From Octopus vulgaris (Eukaryota): a stretch of 64,000 nt of DNA. Position 1 is the first letter of the stretch, and each line of letters begins with the position of its first letter. The stretch spans positions 13,640,001-13,704,000 of the forward strand of contig OX597833.1 of assembly GCA_951406725.2 (NCBI GenBank), written 5' to 3'. The notes under the pieces are model-generated. The model ran no database searches and was not told where the DNA came from. It worked only from the letters and a program-made list of their open reading frames with translations. Made by a program: the position numbers and the translations under genes. Positions 28,323-42,560 of the stretch are shown piece by piece.

Positions 28323-28534
28323 GATAGATATATATATATGTGTGTGTGTGTGTGTATATGCTCATCTTAGAATCCATAAGTCAGAATATATATATATTTA
28401 TATCTGTTCTTGTGTGTGTATATATGTATATATGCTCAGATATCAAATAGAAGTTATGCTATACATGAATGTATAGAAAATATTGTATGCCCTTACAACA
28501 CATACATTTCATATATGCATGTATATATATATGC

Positions 28535-28590
<56 letters not shown>

Positions 28591-28594
28591 TGTG

Positions 28595-28971
28595 GCTCTC
28601 TGTCGGTTATGATGACAAGAGTTCCACTTGATCCGATCAATGGAACAGCATGCTCGTGATATAAACTTGCAAGTGGCTGAGCACTCCACAGACAGGTGTA
28701 CCCTCAACTTAGTTCTTGGGGAGATTCAGTGTGACACAGAGTGTGACAAGGCTGGCCATTTTAAATACAGGTCTAACAGAAACAAGAAGAAAGAGTGAGA
28801 GAAAGTTGTGGTGAAAGAATACAGCAGGGATCACCACCATCCCCTGCAGGAGCCTCGTGGAGCTTTAGGTGTTTTTGCTCAATAAACACTCACTATGCCC
28901 AGTCTGGGAATTGAAACGATGATCCTACAACTGCTAGTCCACTACCATAACCACTGGGCCATTGCACCTCC
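28595..28971 (-). mobile_element. Family D SINE with tail Y
   Basis: Collinear with 58298-58680. Confidence 0.8.
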
Positions 28972-28974
28972 ATG

Positions 28975-29026
28975 TGTGTGCGTGCGTGCACTTGTGTGTG
29001 TGTATGTATATATATGTATATATGTG

Positions 29027-29101
<75 letters not shown>

Positions 29102-29199
29102 ATATCTATGTATATATATATGTATATACATACATATATATGTATGTACATATATATATTTATACATGTATATATATTTTATATATATATATATACATA

Positions 29200-29285
<86 letters not shown>

Positions 29286-29330
29286 CATATCTATATATAC
29301 ATACATATATACATATATATATATGTATAG

Positions 29331-29384
<54 letters not shown>

Positions 29385-29557
29385 CTATATATACATACAT
29401 ATATACATATATATATATATGTATAGATATTTATGAGCGTCCAATAATACTATATTTGTTTTTATACATATATATCTATACATATATATATGTAGGTTTC
29501 CTTGCGTTGTTGTTGGATTAACTTTATATATATATATATACATATACACACACACAT

Positions 29558-29609
<52 letters not shown>

Positions 29610-30219
29610 TGAAGAGGTTTTGGCAAAGTATTGTTGAAGTTGTTTCTGTTCTTGTAGTTGTCAGTTGTTATTCTTTGAGTTGTTCTTGCTCCCCCTAGTG
29701 CTGTTGTTACTGTTATGGTTGTCTCTATTATTATCTTGGTTCCTGTCTACTGTCTCTGTCTGTTAACATTTCTCTCTCTCTCTCTCCCTCTCTCTCCCTC
29801 TCTTTCTCTCTGTCTGCCTCAAGAATAAGGAGAGCAGCAACACTAAAATAAGGAAATATGGCAAAAATATTTTGGTAGAGGGATTGGATGTTGAGGAGGG
29901 GGAAAAAAAGAGCCATGGGTCCCAGTGGGGGTGGGAGGGGTAGAGATAGTGACTTTAGAAGGGGGAATGGGGTGGTCGTAGAGAGTGGTGGTGGGAGTGG
30001 GGTGGGGTAGGAACCGAGGGGGCAGAGAGTGGGGTATTCACCGTGAAATGGAATGTTTTAGCTGGTGCTGTGTTATCAATTATCACAGAGCTTTGGGAAC
30101 AGTAAAACAATTATACACACACACATTCATACATACATACATACATACATACATACATACACATACATGCATATATATTTATATGTATACACACACACAC
30201 ACACACATACATATATATA

Positions 30220-30261
<42 letters not shown>

Positions 30262-30473
30262 CATATACATCTATACACACACACACACACATATATTTAT
30301 ATATATATATACATATACAAAAATATGTATATAATTAAATATACAAATATATATGTATGCGTGTGTGCATATATGTATGTATATGTGTATATATATGTGT
30401 GTGTGCATATATATATATATGTATATATATATATGTATATGTAATTATATAATATATATATATGTATATGTAT

Positions 30474-30538
<65 letters not shown>

Positions 30539-30720
30539 CATATTCATGCATACAGGTGCATTCACATATGTATTTGTATACAAGAATATAAACAATGTGT
30601 ATATAAAGGCTAAGATTTTCATAAACATTTTGTACTTGTATACACAGAGAAATCCATATTACAAACACACACACACACACATTAATATACGCGTGCATAC
30701 ATACATGTGCACACACATGC
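28975..30720. repeat. Region dominated by (TA)/(CA) compound microsatellites
   Basis: Seen directly, with short unique spacers. Confidence 0.85.
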
Positions 30721-31219
30721 ACACATCAGCATCTACACTCCCTGTTGCTTATGGTTTGGATAGGTCATTACGCTCGTAGTCAGATCCTGTTCAGCCTTAC
30801 TAGTCTCCTCAATGAGTCAGAGGTCCACTCACCATTCCTCTCTTCCAACCCAGACATGACTGATATCACTGAATATGCTTTGTGTAACACCAGCCACATT
30901 ACATAGTGTACAGGATCCATTTATCATGGCACCAGCACTAGAGAGGTTGCCATTTCCTCCTCTATCCTACATTGTCTCTCTCATCATTATCACCATTTAA
31001 CATATGTCGTCCTTGCTGGCATGGATTGGCCGGTTTGACCAGAGCTAGGAAGCTGGGTGGAGTTGCACCAGGCTCCAGTTTGATTTGGCACGGTTTCTAT
31101 GGCTGGATGCTCCTCCTAGTGCCAACCATTTTACAGAAAGTACCGGGTCCTTTTACATGGCACCACAAGGAAGCTTTTGCATAAGTACTTTTATGTAGCA
31201 CCACTACAAGTGCCTTACA

Positions 31220-31925
31220 TCACCAGAGGGACCAATCTTAACACTTTTGGTGCAGAGTATAGGTCTTCTCAAGCACAGCAAGGCACCAGGCACCTCGATT
31301 CTTTGCCATTTCACCTGAAAGGCTCAGCATCCTGAGGTCAATATCCAATACTCCATCCATCTATTCTTATCATTAATCAGATATGCTCTTCCTAACACCA
31401 AACACTTACTGGATGCTGTTATATGGTACTACACAAGCAATTTTATGTGGCACCACCATGAGGGACCACTCTTAACACTTCTGTTGCAGAGTATAGATCT
31501 TCTTGAATACAACAAGGCACCAAGAACCTCGGTCTTTTGTCATCTTGCCTGAAAGGTTCAGCATCCTGGGGTCATTCTTCAGTACTTCATCCCTTTATTC
31601 CTATTATTAATCACATATGCTCTGGGTGCTTCTATGTGGCACTGCACAGGCACTTTTATGTAGAACCACATGGGTGCTTTCTATGTGACACTGAATGGGC
31701 AGTCTTATGTGGAACCACATGGATGCTTTTATGCAGTACTGCATGGGCACTCTTATGTCACACCATCATGACACCAGAGGGACCAATCTTAAAACTTCTT
31801 GAGTATGGGTCCCCTTGAGTACAGCAAGGCACTAGGCACCTCAGTCCTTTGTCATCTCACCTGAAAGGTTCGGCATTCTGAGGTCGTTTTCCAGTTCTTC
31901 ATCCCTCTATTCTTGTTATTAATCA
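31220..31925 (-). repeat. Three diverged tandem copies of an RTE-like ORF end/3' UTR
   Basis: gagggaccaatcttaa...acagcaaggcac...cctgaaagg.tc.gcat.ctg recurs at ~31222, 31460 and 31775. The minus strand reads like DEVLENDLR..NLS.EMT.D. Confidence 0.6.
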
Positions 31926-32427
31926 CATAATGGTATTACCTGGATGCAATGGCTAAAATGTCCCTTAAGGCTTGTATCAGATGCTATTCAGCATTTCTTC
32001 TCTCCCTAATAAGTTGCATTTACTTAGCATTGAGTATGGGATGTTTTGGCACAGCTGTTTTGGCACCACTTATTTGGCGTCACTGATTCGACACTTATAT
32101 TTGACATCAGGCATTTTAATGGTTCTCTCATCTACCCCTCTCTCTTCTTCCTGGGATCGATTTGCTCGACTAAAGGTGGTGCTCCAGCATGGCCACAGTC
32201 AAATGACTGAAACAAGTAAAAGAGTAAAAGATGTGCTATTTTCATTCAAAAGCTCTTAGCGTGGTTCACCCCAAAACTGAAGAATCTGAAATAAAAATGA
32301 AAGGACATTACACAGAATAATGAAAACATAACGGTGTTGCCATAGTGTGCTGCTAAGCATTTCACCTGGCGTTCTAATGATTCTGCCAGCTCACTACCTT
32401 TTATAAATTTTGGCACAAGGCCAGCAA

Positions 32428-32775
32428 TTTGGTGTTGGAGAAGACTTCTATGGATTCCATGGACAGTGAGGCTCACCAATGGAGAAGTTCTTAACCAGAT
32501 CAAGCCGAGACTGTCGCTAGAAGTTAGGATCACCAAGCATAGATTGATATATTTTAGTCATATTATGCAGAGAAAATCCCTGGAGAAGGACATCATGCTC
32601 GGAATGGTCAGTGGCAAGAGAGGAAGAGGCCGACCAAGAGCCCACTGGCTTGACACCATCAGGAGTGATACAGGTAATGGACATGGCCAATCTGAAGGAA
32701 GCGGCCCAGGATAGAACTGACTGGAGGACACAGATCCAACGAGTGACCGAGAGTCGACTTCGACTGAGCGGATAA
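32428..32775 (+). mobile_element. RTE (BovB-like) LINE 3' fragment followed by (GATA)n
   Basis: WCWRRLLWIPWTVRLTNGEVL...[35 protein letters not shown]. Confidence 0.9.
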
Positions 32776-32856
<81 letters not shown>

Positions 32857-33535
32857 CAGATAGACAGATAGACAGATAGACAGATAGATAGACAGATAGA
32901 TAGATAGACAGATAGATAGATAGATATATAGTGGGGGCAAGTCAATCACATCGATGCCAGCACTTGACTGGCACTTTATTTTATCAACCCCTGCCACCAG
33001 GGGATGAAATAAAACCAAGTTGACCCCAGCAGGATTTGAACTCAGTATGTAAAGGTTCAAATGAAATATTGCTAAGCATTTTGTCCATTGTGCCAACGAT
33101 TACAATTATACAGGCTCTCCACCCTTGCCATAACATTAGACAATCTTAAAAAAAGTTTAAAACAAACTTAATGTTATTAAACATGACAACTTGTCCACCC
33201 AGTTTTCAATCTTAGCAGGATCTCCAGCCCCGCTTACAGCGACCCTTGGGAGAGAAGGGAGGGGTGGGGGACTGGCCCTTGGGAAACACTGCACTATGGT
33301 ATTGTTGTTCAGCGCTCTACCCATTTTGTCAGTGTCTGTTTATAAACAACTGTTACAGTAATTTCTAGTTTCCCCCGGGTGTTATTTCCGGAAGTTTGTG
33401 TTAACATATTTTAATTTGTGGACCATTTAAAACCTGACGAGGAATAATTGTCTGGAAATGGAGGAAGATTCGTTAGTCGTCTTCGTTATGACAGGATTGT
33501 TTAGAAAAGGTTTAGAAACCTTCAATTGAATCCCA

Positions 33536-33567
<32 letters not shown>

Positions 33568-33604
33568 CATTTTATTGTTTGTGTGTATGTGTGTGTGTGT
33601 GTGT

Positions 33605-33881
33605 GGATGATGATGATCATCATCGTCGTCATTATCATCATCGTCGTCGTCATTGTCGTCATCAGTGTCATCATCATAATCGTCATCATCATCATCACTA
33701 TTGTCATCATCACCATTACCATCATCATCATCATTATCATCACCATCACTATCATCATCAGCATCATCATCGTCATCATCGTCATCATCATCATCATCAT
33801 CATCATCACTATTATCATCATCACCATTACCATCATCATCATCATCATCATCATCACCATCACTATCATCATCATCATCAT

Positions 33882-33912
<31 letters not shown>

Positions 33913-33935
33913 ATCATCATCACTATCACCATCAC

Positions 33936-33970
<35 letters not shown>

Positions 33971-34060
33971 CCATTATCATCATCATCATCATCATCACCA
34001 TTATCATCACCATCACCATTACCATCATCATCATCATCATCATCATCTTCGCCACCACCA
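33605..34060. repeat. (CAT)n degenerate array
   Basis: Seen directly. Confidence 0.95.
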
Positions 34061-34427
34061 CAGCCCTCTTGTTCTCACTGTCCTATTCTTGTTACCACTT
34101 TCACCCTCCGCAAAAAATGCCAAATTTTATTTAATTTGCTTTGCGGGAAGGACCGTTTCAACGAAGTCGTGTATTGTCCTTACCTTCGAAACACGGAGTA
34201 GATGAAACAGGGACAACAACAGATGAAGGGGAATATTCTTTATGTTGCATGTCTCATTTCTCTGTTTGTTTGTTTTTTGTTTGAAAAAAGTTCATTTTTG
34301 ATGTTTTTTGTTTTTATGTTTTCGCTTCTCATTGTGTTCACCGTTCTTTTGATGTCCTGTACCCATATATGCATGTATATATACATATATATGTAGGTAT
34401 GTACATATATGTATGTATATATGCATA

Positions 34428-34475
<48 letters not shown>

Positions 34476-34658
34476 ATAGATCGCTAGCCACTACACATTC
34501 TTTATTTTCTCTCCTTGTTTCTTTCTGTGTTCCTTTGTGTGGAAGAGCGTAGGCTCGAAACATTAAAGACTTTTTCACTTCCCGAGCGTTATACTAATAC
34601 ATCTGTTTGTTTTGTACACCACCTGTCTTCGTCTTTTGCTTTTTTATAAATTCCCTCT

Positions 34659-34694
<36 letters not shown>

Positions 34695-35026
34695 ACATAC
34701 ACACATAACATAGATACATACAGACATACATGTATGTGCATATATATATATATATGTATATCATCATCATCATCATTATCATCATCTAAATGATTATACT
34801 AGAGTATTGCTGCCTTCTATGTAATGAATACAAATTTGCATATAATATGTCATAAATATATTTATTTATTCAAAAATTAATTGCCATTGTTAGCAATAAC
34901 ATTTTCCCACCTCAAAAACCAGTTTTTCTGATTCCTCAGGTGAAAAAACCCAGGTTCTTTAGAAGAAGAAGAAATAAAAGAGAAGCTCAGGAGTGCTGTT
35001 TCAATATCATCTCAGTTTCTGAATGT

Positions 35027-35230
35027 TACTCTTTTACTTGTTTCAGTCATTTGACTGCGGCCATGCTGGAGCACCGCCTTTAGTCGAGCAAATCAACTCC
35101 AGGTCTTATTCTTTGTAAGCCCAGTACTTATTCTATCGGTCTCTTTTTGCTGAACCACTAAGTGACGGGGACGTAAACACACCAGCGTCGGTTGTCAAGC
35201 AATGCTAGGGGGACAAACACAGACACACAA

Positions 35231-35269
<39 letters not shown>

Positions 35270-35925
35270 TATGACGGGCTTCTTTCAGTTTCCGTCTACC
35301 AAATCCACTCACAAGGCATTGGTCGGCCCGGGGCTATAGCAGAAGACACTTGCCCAAGGTGCCATGCAGTGGGACTGAACCCGGAACCATGTGGTTGGTT
35401 AGCAAGCTACTTACCTTTAATTGAGCAACTCGACCCCGGGACTTATTCTTTTGTAAGCCCAGTACTTATTCTATCGGTCTCTTTTGCCGAACCGCTAAGT
35501 GACGGGAACGTAAACACACCAGCGTCGGTTGTCAAGCAATGCTAGGGGGGACAAACACAGACGCACAAACACACACACGCATATATATATATATATATAT
35601 ACATATATACGACATACGACAGGCTTCTTTCAGTTTCCGTCTACCAAATCCACTCACAAGGCATTGGTCGGCCCGGGGCTATAGCAGAAGACACTTGCCC
35701 AAGGTGCCACGCAGTGGGACTGAACCCGGAACCATGTGGTTGGTTAGCAAGCTACTTACCTTTAATTGAGCAACTCGACCCCGGGACTTATTCTTTTGTA
35801 AGCTCAGTACTTATTCTATCGGTCTCTTTTGCCGAACCGCTAAGTGACGGGAACGTAAACACACCAGCGTTGGTTGTCAAGCAATGCTAGGGGGGACAAA
35901 CACAGACGCACAAACACACACACGC

Positions 35926-35958
<33 letters not shown>

Positions 35959-36130
35959 TACGACATACGACAGGCTTCTTTCAGTTTCCGTCTACCAAAT
36001 CCACTCACAAGGCATTGGTCGGCCCGGGGCTATAGCAGAAGACACTTGCCCAAGGTGCCACGCAGTGGGACTGAACCCGGAACCATGTGGTTGGTTAGCA
36101 AGCTACTTACCACACAGCCACTCCTGCGCC
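35027..36130 (-). mobile_element. Head-to-tail trimer of family A SINE
   Basis: Identical junction gcaagctacttacc|tttaattgagcaactcgacc at ~35415 and ~35760. Confidence 0.9.
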
Positions 36131-36584
36131 TATTTATAATTTTTTTTTTTTTTTTACTGATAAAGGTGTTCAAATGACCTGAATAAATGAAAATTTGATA
36201 ATGTTAGGTCTGGTGAGAACGGAGGGTGAGGTAGAGCTTTCCAGCCTAATGAATTTATCCATCTTTGGGTTATCTTCATTAGATGAAACCTTGAATTATC
36301 ATGCATTTTTACAAGGTACCCATGTAAGGCAACGAGCTGGCAGAATCATTTGCACCCCAGGGTAAATCCTTAGCGGCGTTTCATCCATCTTTACGTTCTG
36401 AGTTCAAATTCCGCCAAGGACCTTGCTCAAACTTGTGCCTTGGACGGGAACTTTCTAGGAGCAATCCCATGGATGAAAGCCAAAGTCAAGCCTGGTGGAA
36501 TTTGAACAGGTACTTCTGATGTAATCAACTTAAACCGTTTGTCTGTCCTTGTTTGTCACCTCTATGTTTAACCCCTTGTGAGCA

Positions 36585-36630
<46 letters not shown>

Positions 36631-36634
<4 letters not shown>

Positions 36635-36910
36635 AATTGCAGCGTGGAAGGTGTTTGTAAGCCATTTAAGAAACACACAAAAGCCGTTCGATTCACTTCA
36701 ACATTTAAGTTTAATATGTCAAAATATTTTCGTTGCTAAAATCCGCGACCTGTTCACTGACAAAAATCCGTGCTGCATCTGTGAGTGAACAGGTCGCGGA
36801 TTTTGCGACGAAAATATTTTGACAAATTAAACTTAAATGTTGAAGTGAATCGAACGGCTTTTGTGTGTTTCTTAAATGGCTTACAAACACCTTCCACGCT
36901 GCAATTGTTT
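36631..36910. repeat. Near-perfect inverted repeat (~128-bp arms) of a Penelope-like terminal repeat, each arm with a hammerhead-like fold
   Basis: aaacaattgcagcgtggaagg...gacctgttcact versus agtgaacaggtc...ccttccacgctgcaattgttt. A related foldback lies at 46175-46377. Confidence 0.9.
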
Positions 36911-37439
36911 TCGTTTCAGCACACGATCTCAGATCAAATCACTTGCTATGTGAGTACATCTCCAAAATATATATATATATATAATACAATAATATAATAT
37001 AATACAATAAGGTACTATCAAAAAATTTGTCTTTACGTTCTATGTTCAAATTCCGCCGAGGACCTTGCTCAGACTTGTGCCTCGGACGGGAACTTTCTAG
37101 GAGCAATCCCATGGTCTTCATGACCAAAAGGGGCCCTTTACTCTTTTCTCTGTAAAATACAAGAGTATATCTTTGTGAGAAGTTTACCAAAATGGTCAAT
37201 AAATTTATATATAATATGATATCAAATAATATCAGATTTACAGCTATAATATAATACAATAAGGTACTATCAAAAAATTTCCTGCTTTTTTCTTGGTGCT
37301 TCTCATAAACTGGAACCAGAAGATATTTTTAAATCACAGAGCCATTAAAAAAAGGCTGTTATCTGATAATAGAATTCTGTTCCATATGACACAGATTCAT
37401 GTATCTAGTAGATCTATACAATTAAGAACCATAAATATA

Positions 37440-37600
37440 ACATGGGTGTATATTCCTTATAACATGTGTATAGGCGCACAATACTTGTGTGTATATTTCT
37501 TATAACATGTGTGTATAGACACATGACATATGTGTGTATATTTCTTATAACATGTGTATAGAAGCATGACGTGTGTATATTTCTTATACATGCATAACAT
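37440..37600. repeat. Minisatellite of about 40 bp, four copies
   Basis: gtgtatatttcttataacatgtgtata recurs. Confidence 0.85.
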
Positions 37601-37954
37601 ATGTACATACATGATGATGCTACTGATAAAGATGATGATGATGATGACAACGATGATGATGAGGAGGATTCTTTCTACTATAGGCACAAGGGCGGAATTT
37701 TTTTTTTTTTTTTGGTGGCGGTGGTGGAATCATTGCCATTGATCACAGTGCTCAGGGGGTACTAATTCTATTGACCTCGAAAGGATGAAAGCCAAAGTCA
37801 AACCTGGTGGAAAATTTGAACAGGTGCTTTGATGTAATCGACTTAAACCGTTTGTCTGTCCTTGTTTGTCCCCTCTATGTTTAGCCCCTTGTGGGCAATA
37901 TATATATATTTTTTTGGATATATATGTATATAGATATATATATATCCATGTATG

Positions 37955-37988
<34 letters not shown>

Positions 37989-37989
<1 letters not shown>

Positions 37990-38131
37990 TTTATTTTAAG
38001 CAGCAGAAAATTCAACAAAATCTGTTACTCTGAGTTTCTCGTTGCCGTTCATCAAAAACTGTCTGATGAACGGCAACGAGCAAACTCAGGAGTAACAGAT
38101 TTTGTTGAATTTTCTGCTGCTTAAAATAAAG
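37989..38131. repeat. Inverted pair of the 15542-type hammerhead repeat
   Basis: ctttattttaagcagcagaaaattcaacaaaatctgttactc and its reverse complement. Each arm has one core lesion. Confidence 0.85.
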
Positions 38132-38200
38132 CATATTACTCTAACACTGGTATTTGAGTACTCTTTTTTCCACCTTGTTTCACATTTATGTGTTTACTCC

Positions 38201-38252
<52 letters not shown>

Positions 38253-38654
38253 CACACATATATATACATATATATTCTTTTATTTATTCAGTCATTTGAC
38301 TGCAGCTATGCTGGAGCACTGCCTTTAGTCGAGCAAATTGACCCCAGGACTTATTCTTTGTAAGCCTAGTACTTACTCCATAAGTCTCATTTTGTCAAAC
38401 CACTAAGAAGCCCGTTGTATATATATATATATGTATATGTATATGTATATGTTTATGTATCTGTTTTTGCCCCCCAACCCCACCACCACTTGACAACCGA
38501 TGCTGGTGTGTTTAAGTCCCCGTCACTTAGTGGGTCGGCAAGAGAGACCGATAGAATAAGTATTAGCCTTACAAAGAATAAGTCCTGGGGTCGATTTGCT
38601 CGACTAAAGGCAGTGCTCCAGCATGGCCACAGTCAAATGACTGAAACAAATAAA

Positions 38655-38860
38655 AGACAGAAAGAAAGAAAGAAAGGAAGAAAGAAAAAAGAAAGAAAGA
38701 AAGGAAGGAAGGAAGGAAAGAAAGAAAGGAAGGAAGGAAGAAAGAAAGAAGGAAAGAAGGAAGGAAGGAAAGAAGGAAGGAAAGAAGGAAAGAAGGAAGG
38801 AAAAAGGAAGGAAAGAAAGAAAGGAAGAAAGAAAGAAAGACAGAAAGAAAGAAAGAAAGA
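38655..38860. repeat. (GAAA/GGAA)n polypurine tract at a SINE tail
   Basis: Seen directly. Confidence 0.95.
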
Positions 38861-40127
38861 TCAGTCAAAATGGTAAATGTCATTTCTGGCTTTTAATGTA
38901 GTGTGTTCAAATCCCACCAAAATCAACTTTGCCTTCTTTTCCTTCAGGGTCAATAAAATAAAGTACCTGTTGAGTACAAATGGTGTTGTAATCAATTTGT
39001 TGTGTCTCCTTGTGATTGGTGTCCTTGGAGCCTGCAACAGACTGGAACCCAATTGAGAGGGAATTATGTGATTTTGGTCATTCGTATCATCATCATCATC
39101 GTTTAGCGTCCGCTTTTCATGCTAGCATGGGTTGGACGGTTCAACTGGGGTCTGGGAAGCCAGAAGGCTGCACCAGGTCCAGTCTGATCTGGCAGAGTTT
39201 CTACGGCTGGATGCCCTTCCTAACGCCAACCACTCCGTGAGTGTAGTGGGTGCTGTTTACGTGCCACCTGCACAGGTGCAAGACGAGGCTGGCAAACGGC
39301 CATGATCGGATGCTGCTTTTTACATGACACCGGCACGAGGCCAGTCGGGGCGGCGCTGGCAACGGTTCTCTTACGTGCCACCGGCACTGGTATCACAGCT
39401 GCAATTTCCATTGAAGTTGATCGATTTCGATTCTCACTTGCCTCAACAGGTCTTCACAAGTAGAGTTTTGTGTCCCAAGAAACAGGGTAGCCAGGCTTAC
39501 GAGTCCTAGGGCTCAAAAAAGAAAAAAAAAAAAGGAGAAGAAAAATATAAAATTAGGGGACAAAGGAGAAAGCGTAAAGAAAGATGATTGAGATAACAGC
39601 AGTTGGTAACATTCTAAGATTTGTCATGATAGAGACGGGTGGGTTACATCTGTTGATGAGACGGAAGCCTTGTTTGGGATGTAGGGATGCCCAAATGGGC
39701 AGCAGATGGCAGAAGAGGGGACAGGGAAGGGTGTTTGAAATGTGGGTCAGGAAACTGTAAAGGGAGCTGAGGGAAGAATATTGGGATCTCTTATGGGATA
39801 TGACAAAAAAAAAAAAAAAAATTGGGGTTTTTAGCAAAAATATATTAATGATTTATGCATCCTGTGGATGTGTAAAGATTATGATAGCAAGTGCGTGTGT
39901 GTGTCTGTCCCTCCTTCACCAAGAACCAATAGCATAAGAATTGTCATTGATAAGATGATTACACAGGCGGTGCTCCAGCATGGCAACAACCTTTGGGCTG
40001 AAACATAAAAGAATAAAAGAAATATATGTATGTACACACACATACACACACACATGCATGTGCACATACACACACACACAAACATATCAGTCGTATGACC
40101 CAGGAGGTGCATTTGATCCTTCTGATC

Positions 40128-40191
<64 letters not shown>

Positions 40192-40428
40192 CACATGTAT
40201 GTATGTATATCAGAAGGATCAAAAGCGCCTTCCGAGCCATAAGATTGATTTCCTGGATTCTGTGACAGATATATGTCCATGCTGGAGCACCACCTTTAGT
40301 CGATCAAATCGACCCCAGGTCTTATTCTTTGTAAGCCTAGTACTTAGTCTATCGGTCTCTTTTGCCGAACCACTAAGTAACGGGGATGTAAACACAGCAT
40401 CATTGGTTGCCGAGCAATAGTGGGTGGA

Positions 40429-40464
<36 letters not shown>

Positions 40465-40663
40465 CATGTATACATACATATTTATACAAATACATACCAT
40501 ATGCTTCTTTCAGTTTCCATCTACCAAATCCACTCACAAGGCTTTGGTCGGCCCGAGGCTATAGCAGAAGACACATGCCCAAGGTGCCACGCAGTGGGAC
40601 TGAACCCGGAACCATGTGGTTGGGAAGTAAGCACCTTACCACACAGCTACTCCTGCACCTATA

Positions 40664-40694
<31 letters not shown>

Positions 40695-40870
40695 CATCAT
40701 CATCATCATCATCATTTAGCGTCCGTTTTCCATGCTAGCATGGGTTGGACGGTTTAACTGGGGTCTGTGAAGCCGGAAGGCTTCATCAGGCCCAGTCAGA
40801 TTTGGCAGATTTGGGATGTGGAACAGGTGTAGTGTTATTGGACGCTCAGGAAAGGAAAGAAAGAAGGAGG

Positions 40871-40905
40871 GTTTAACGTTTCGAGTGGAGCTCTTCGTCA
40901 GAAAC
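40871..40905 (-). ncRNA. Minimal type I hammerhead motif, with damaged copies at 21441-21475 and ~46518-46552
   Basis: gttt-CTGACGA-aGAG ctcca CTC-GAAAC GTT-aaac. Confidence 0.6.
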
Positions 40906-41403
40906 ATAGGAAAAGGAAAGATCCAAGGAAGGGGAATAAAAATCGCCAACAATATATATACATAGGATAGAGACAGGTGTCCTCTATATAGAATACACTT
41001 TGAAGCGCTCAAGAGATTTGAACTTGAGCAGGTAGATGAGTAAATGTAATGATAAGGAAGTTAGACAAATCAGTTTACACAGAATATTAAATGCATTTAA
41101 TAGGAAAAAAATGCACATTTGTACAGATATAAAACAGCCTGGCTTACTCAGTATATATATGATACCAGGAGTTAAATGGGTAGAGTTTTACTTGTATATA
41201 CATACATACATACATAGATGTATGTATGTGTGTGTGTATGTGTATGTATATATATATATATACATATACACATATATATGTGTGTATTTATATATATATA
41301 TATACATATATACATATATATATATATATACATATATATATATGTGTGTGTGTATATATATATATATGTATATATGTATCTGTGCGTGTATATATATGTA
41401 CAC

Positions 41404-41445
<42 letters not shown>

Positions 41446-41470
41446 ATATGTATGTGTGCATGTATATATT

Positions 41471-41514
<44 letters not shown>

Positions 41515-41924
41515 TGGGGTAAAAAGCTGATGGGTGATTATGTTTATGTTACATATATATTCATGTACAACATATGTATACATTTATATTTTTTATATAT
41601 AAATTGTGTATATGTGTATATGTAGAGAAAGAGAGCAAGAGAGAGAGCAATATATATATATGTATGTATACATACACTCACATGCATGTGTGTGTGTTTA
41701 TGTGGTTATGTGGTTATATGCATACACATATATACATATGCAATGTAATACATATGTAATTATGTATGTGTACCTGTGTGTGTGTGTGTGTGTATGTGTG
41801 TGTGCATGTAAAGTGTGCTACCCTCTATTTTCTGTTCTCGCTGCTCTGCCTGTACAACAATCGGAAACCCCAGAGAGACAGGCAGATTGACAGACATCAA
41901 ACAAGATTGAATAAGAGTGAGAGG

Positions 41925-41999
<75 letters not shown>

Positions 42000-42526
42000 G
42001 GAGATACACGGGGGGGGAACAGAACAAGAGAGAGAGAGAGACGGGGGGGGGGGGGGAATAGAACAAGAGAGAGAGAGAGAGAGACGGGGGGGACAGAACA
42101 AGAGAGAGAGAGAGAGAGAGAGAAAGGGGAACAGGACAAGAGAGAGAGAGAGAGACGGGGGGAGAACAGAACAAGAGAGAGAGAGAGAGAGAGACGGGGG
42201 GGGGAATAGAACAAGAAAGAGAGAGAGAGATAGGGGAACAGAACAAGAGAGGGAGAGAGAGAGAGACAGGGGAACAGGACAAGAGAGAGAGAGAGAAAGA
42301 TAGGGGAACAGAGCAAGAGAGAGAGAGAGAGACAGTGACAGTGGGAGAGAGGGGGAAAGAGGGGAAGAAGGAAGGGGTAGAAGGTGGTAAGATGTGACGG
42401 AGGGGGGCAGGGGGATACAGGAAGCCCTAAATTGAGGTTAAACAAAGCAAAATAGCAAACTGTAGTAAAACAGGGGGTCGGGAGGTGGTTGAGGGGGTTG
42501 TAAGAATGTAGAAGCTTGAGAGGAGA

Positions 42527-42560
<34 letters not shown>

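Noticed and set aside
33432-33470. CTGACGA...GAAA hammerhead candidate, also CTGATGA at ~1097 and ~21207 on the minus strand
   Set aside because: Convincing stems I-III cannot be drawn
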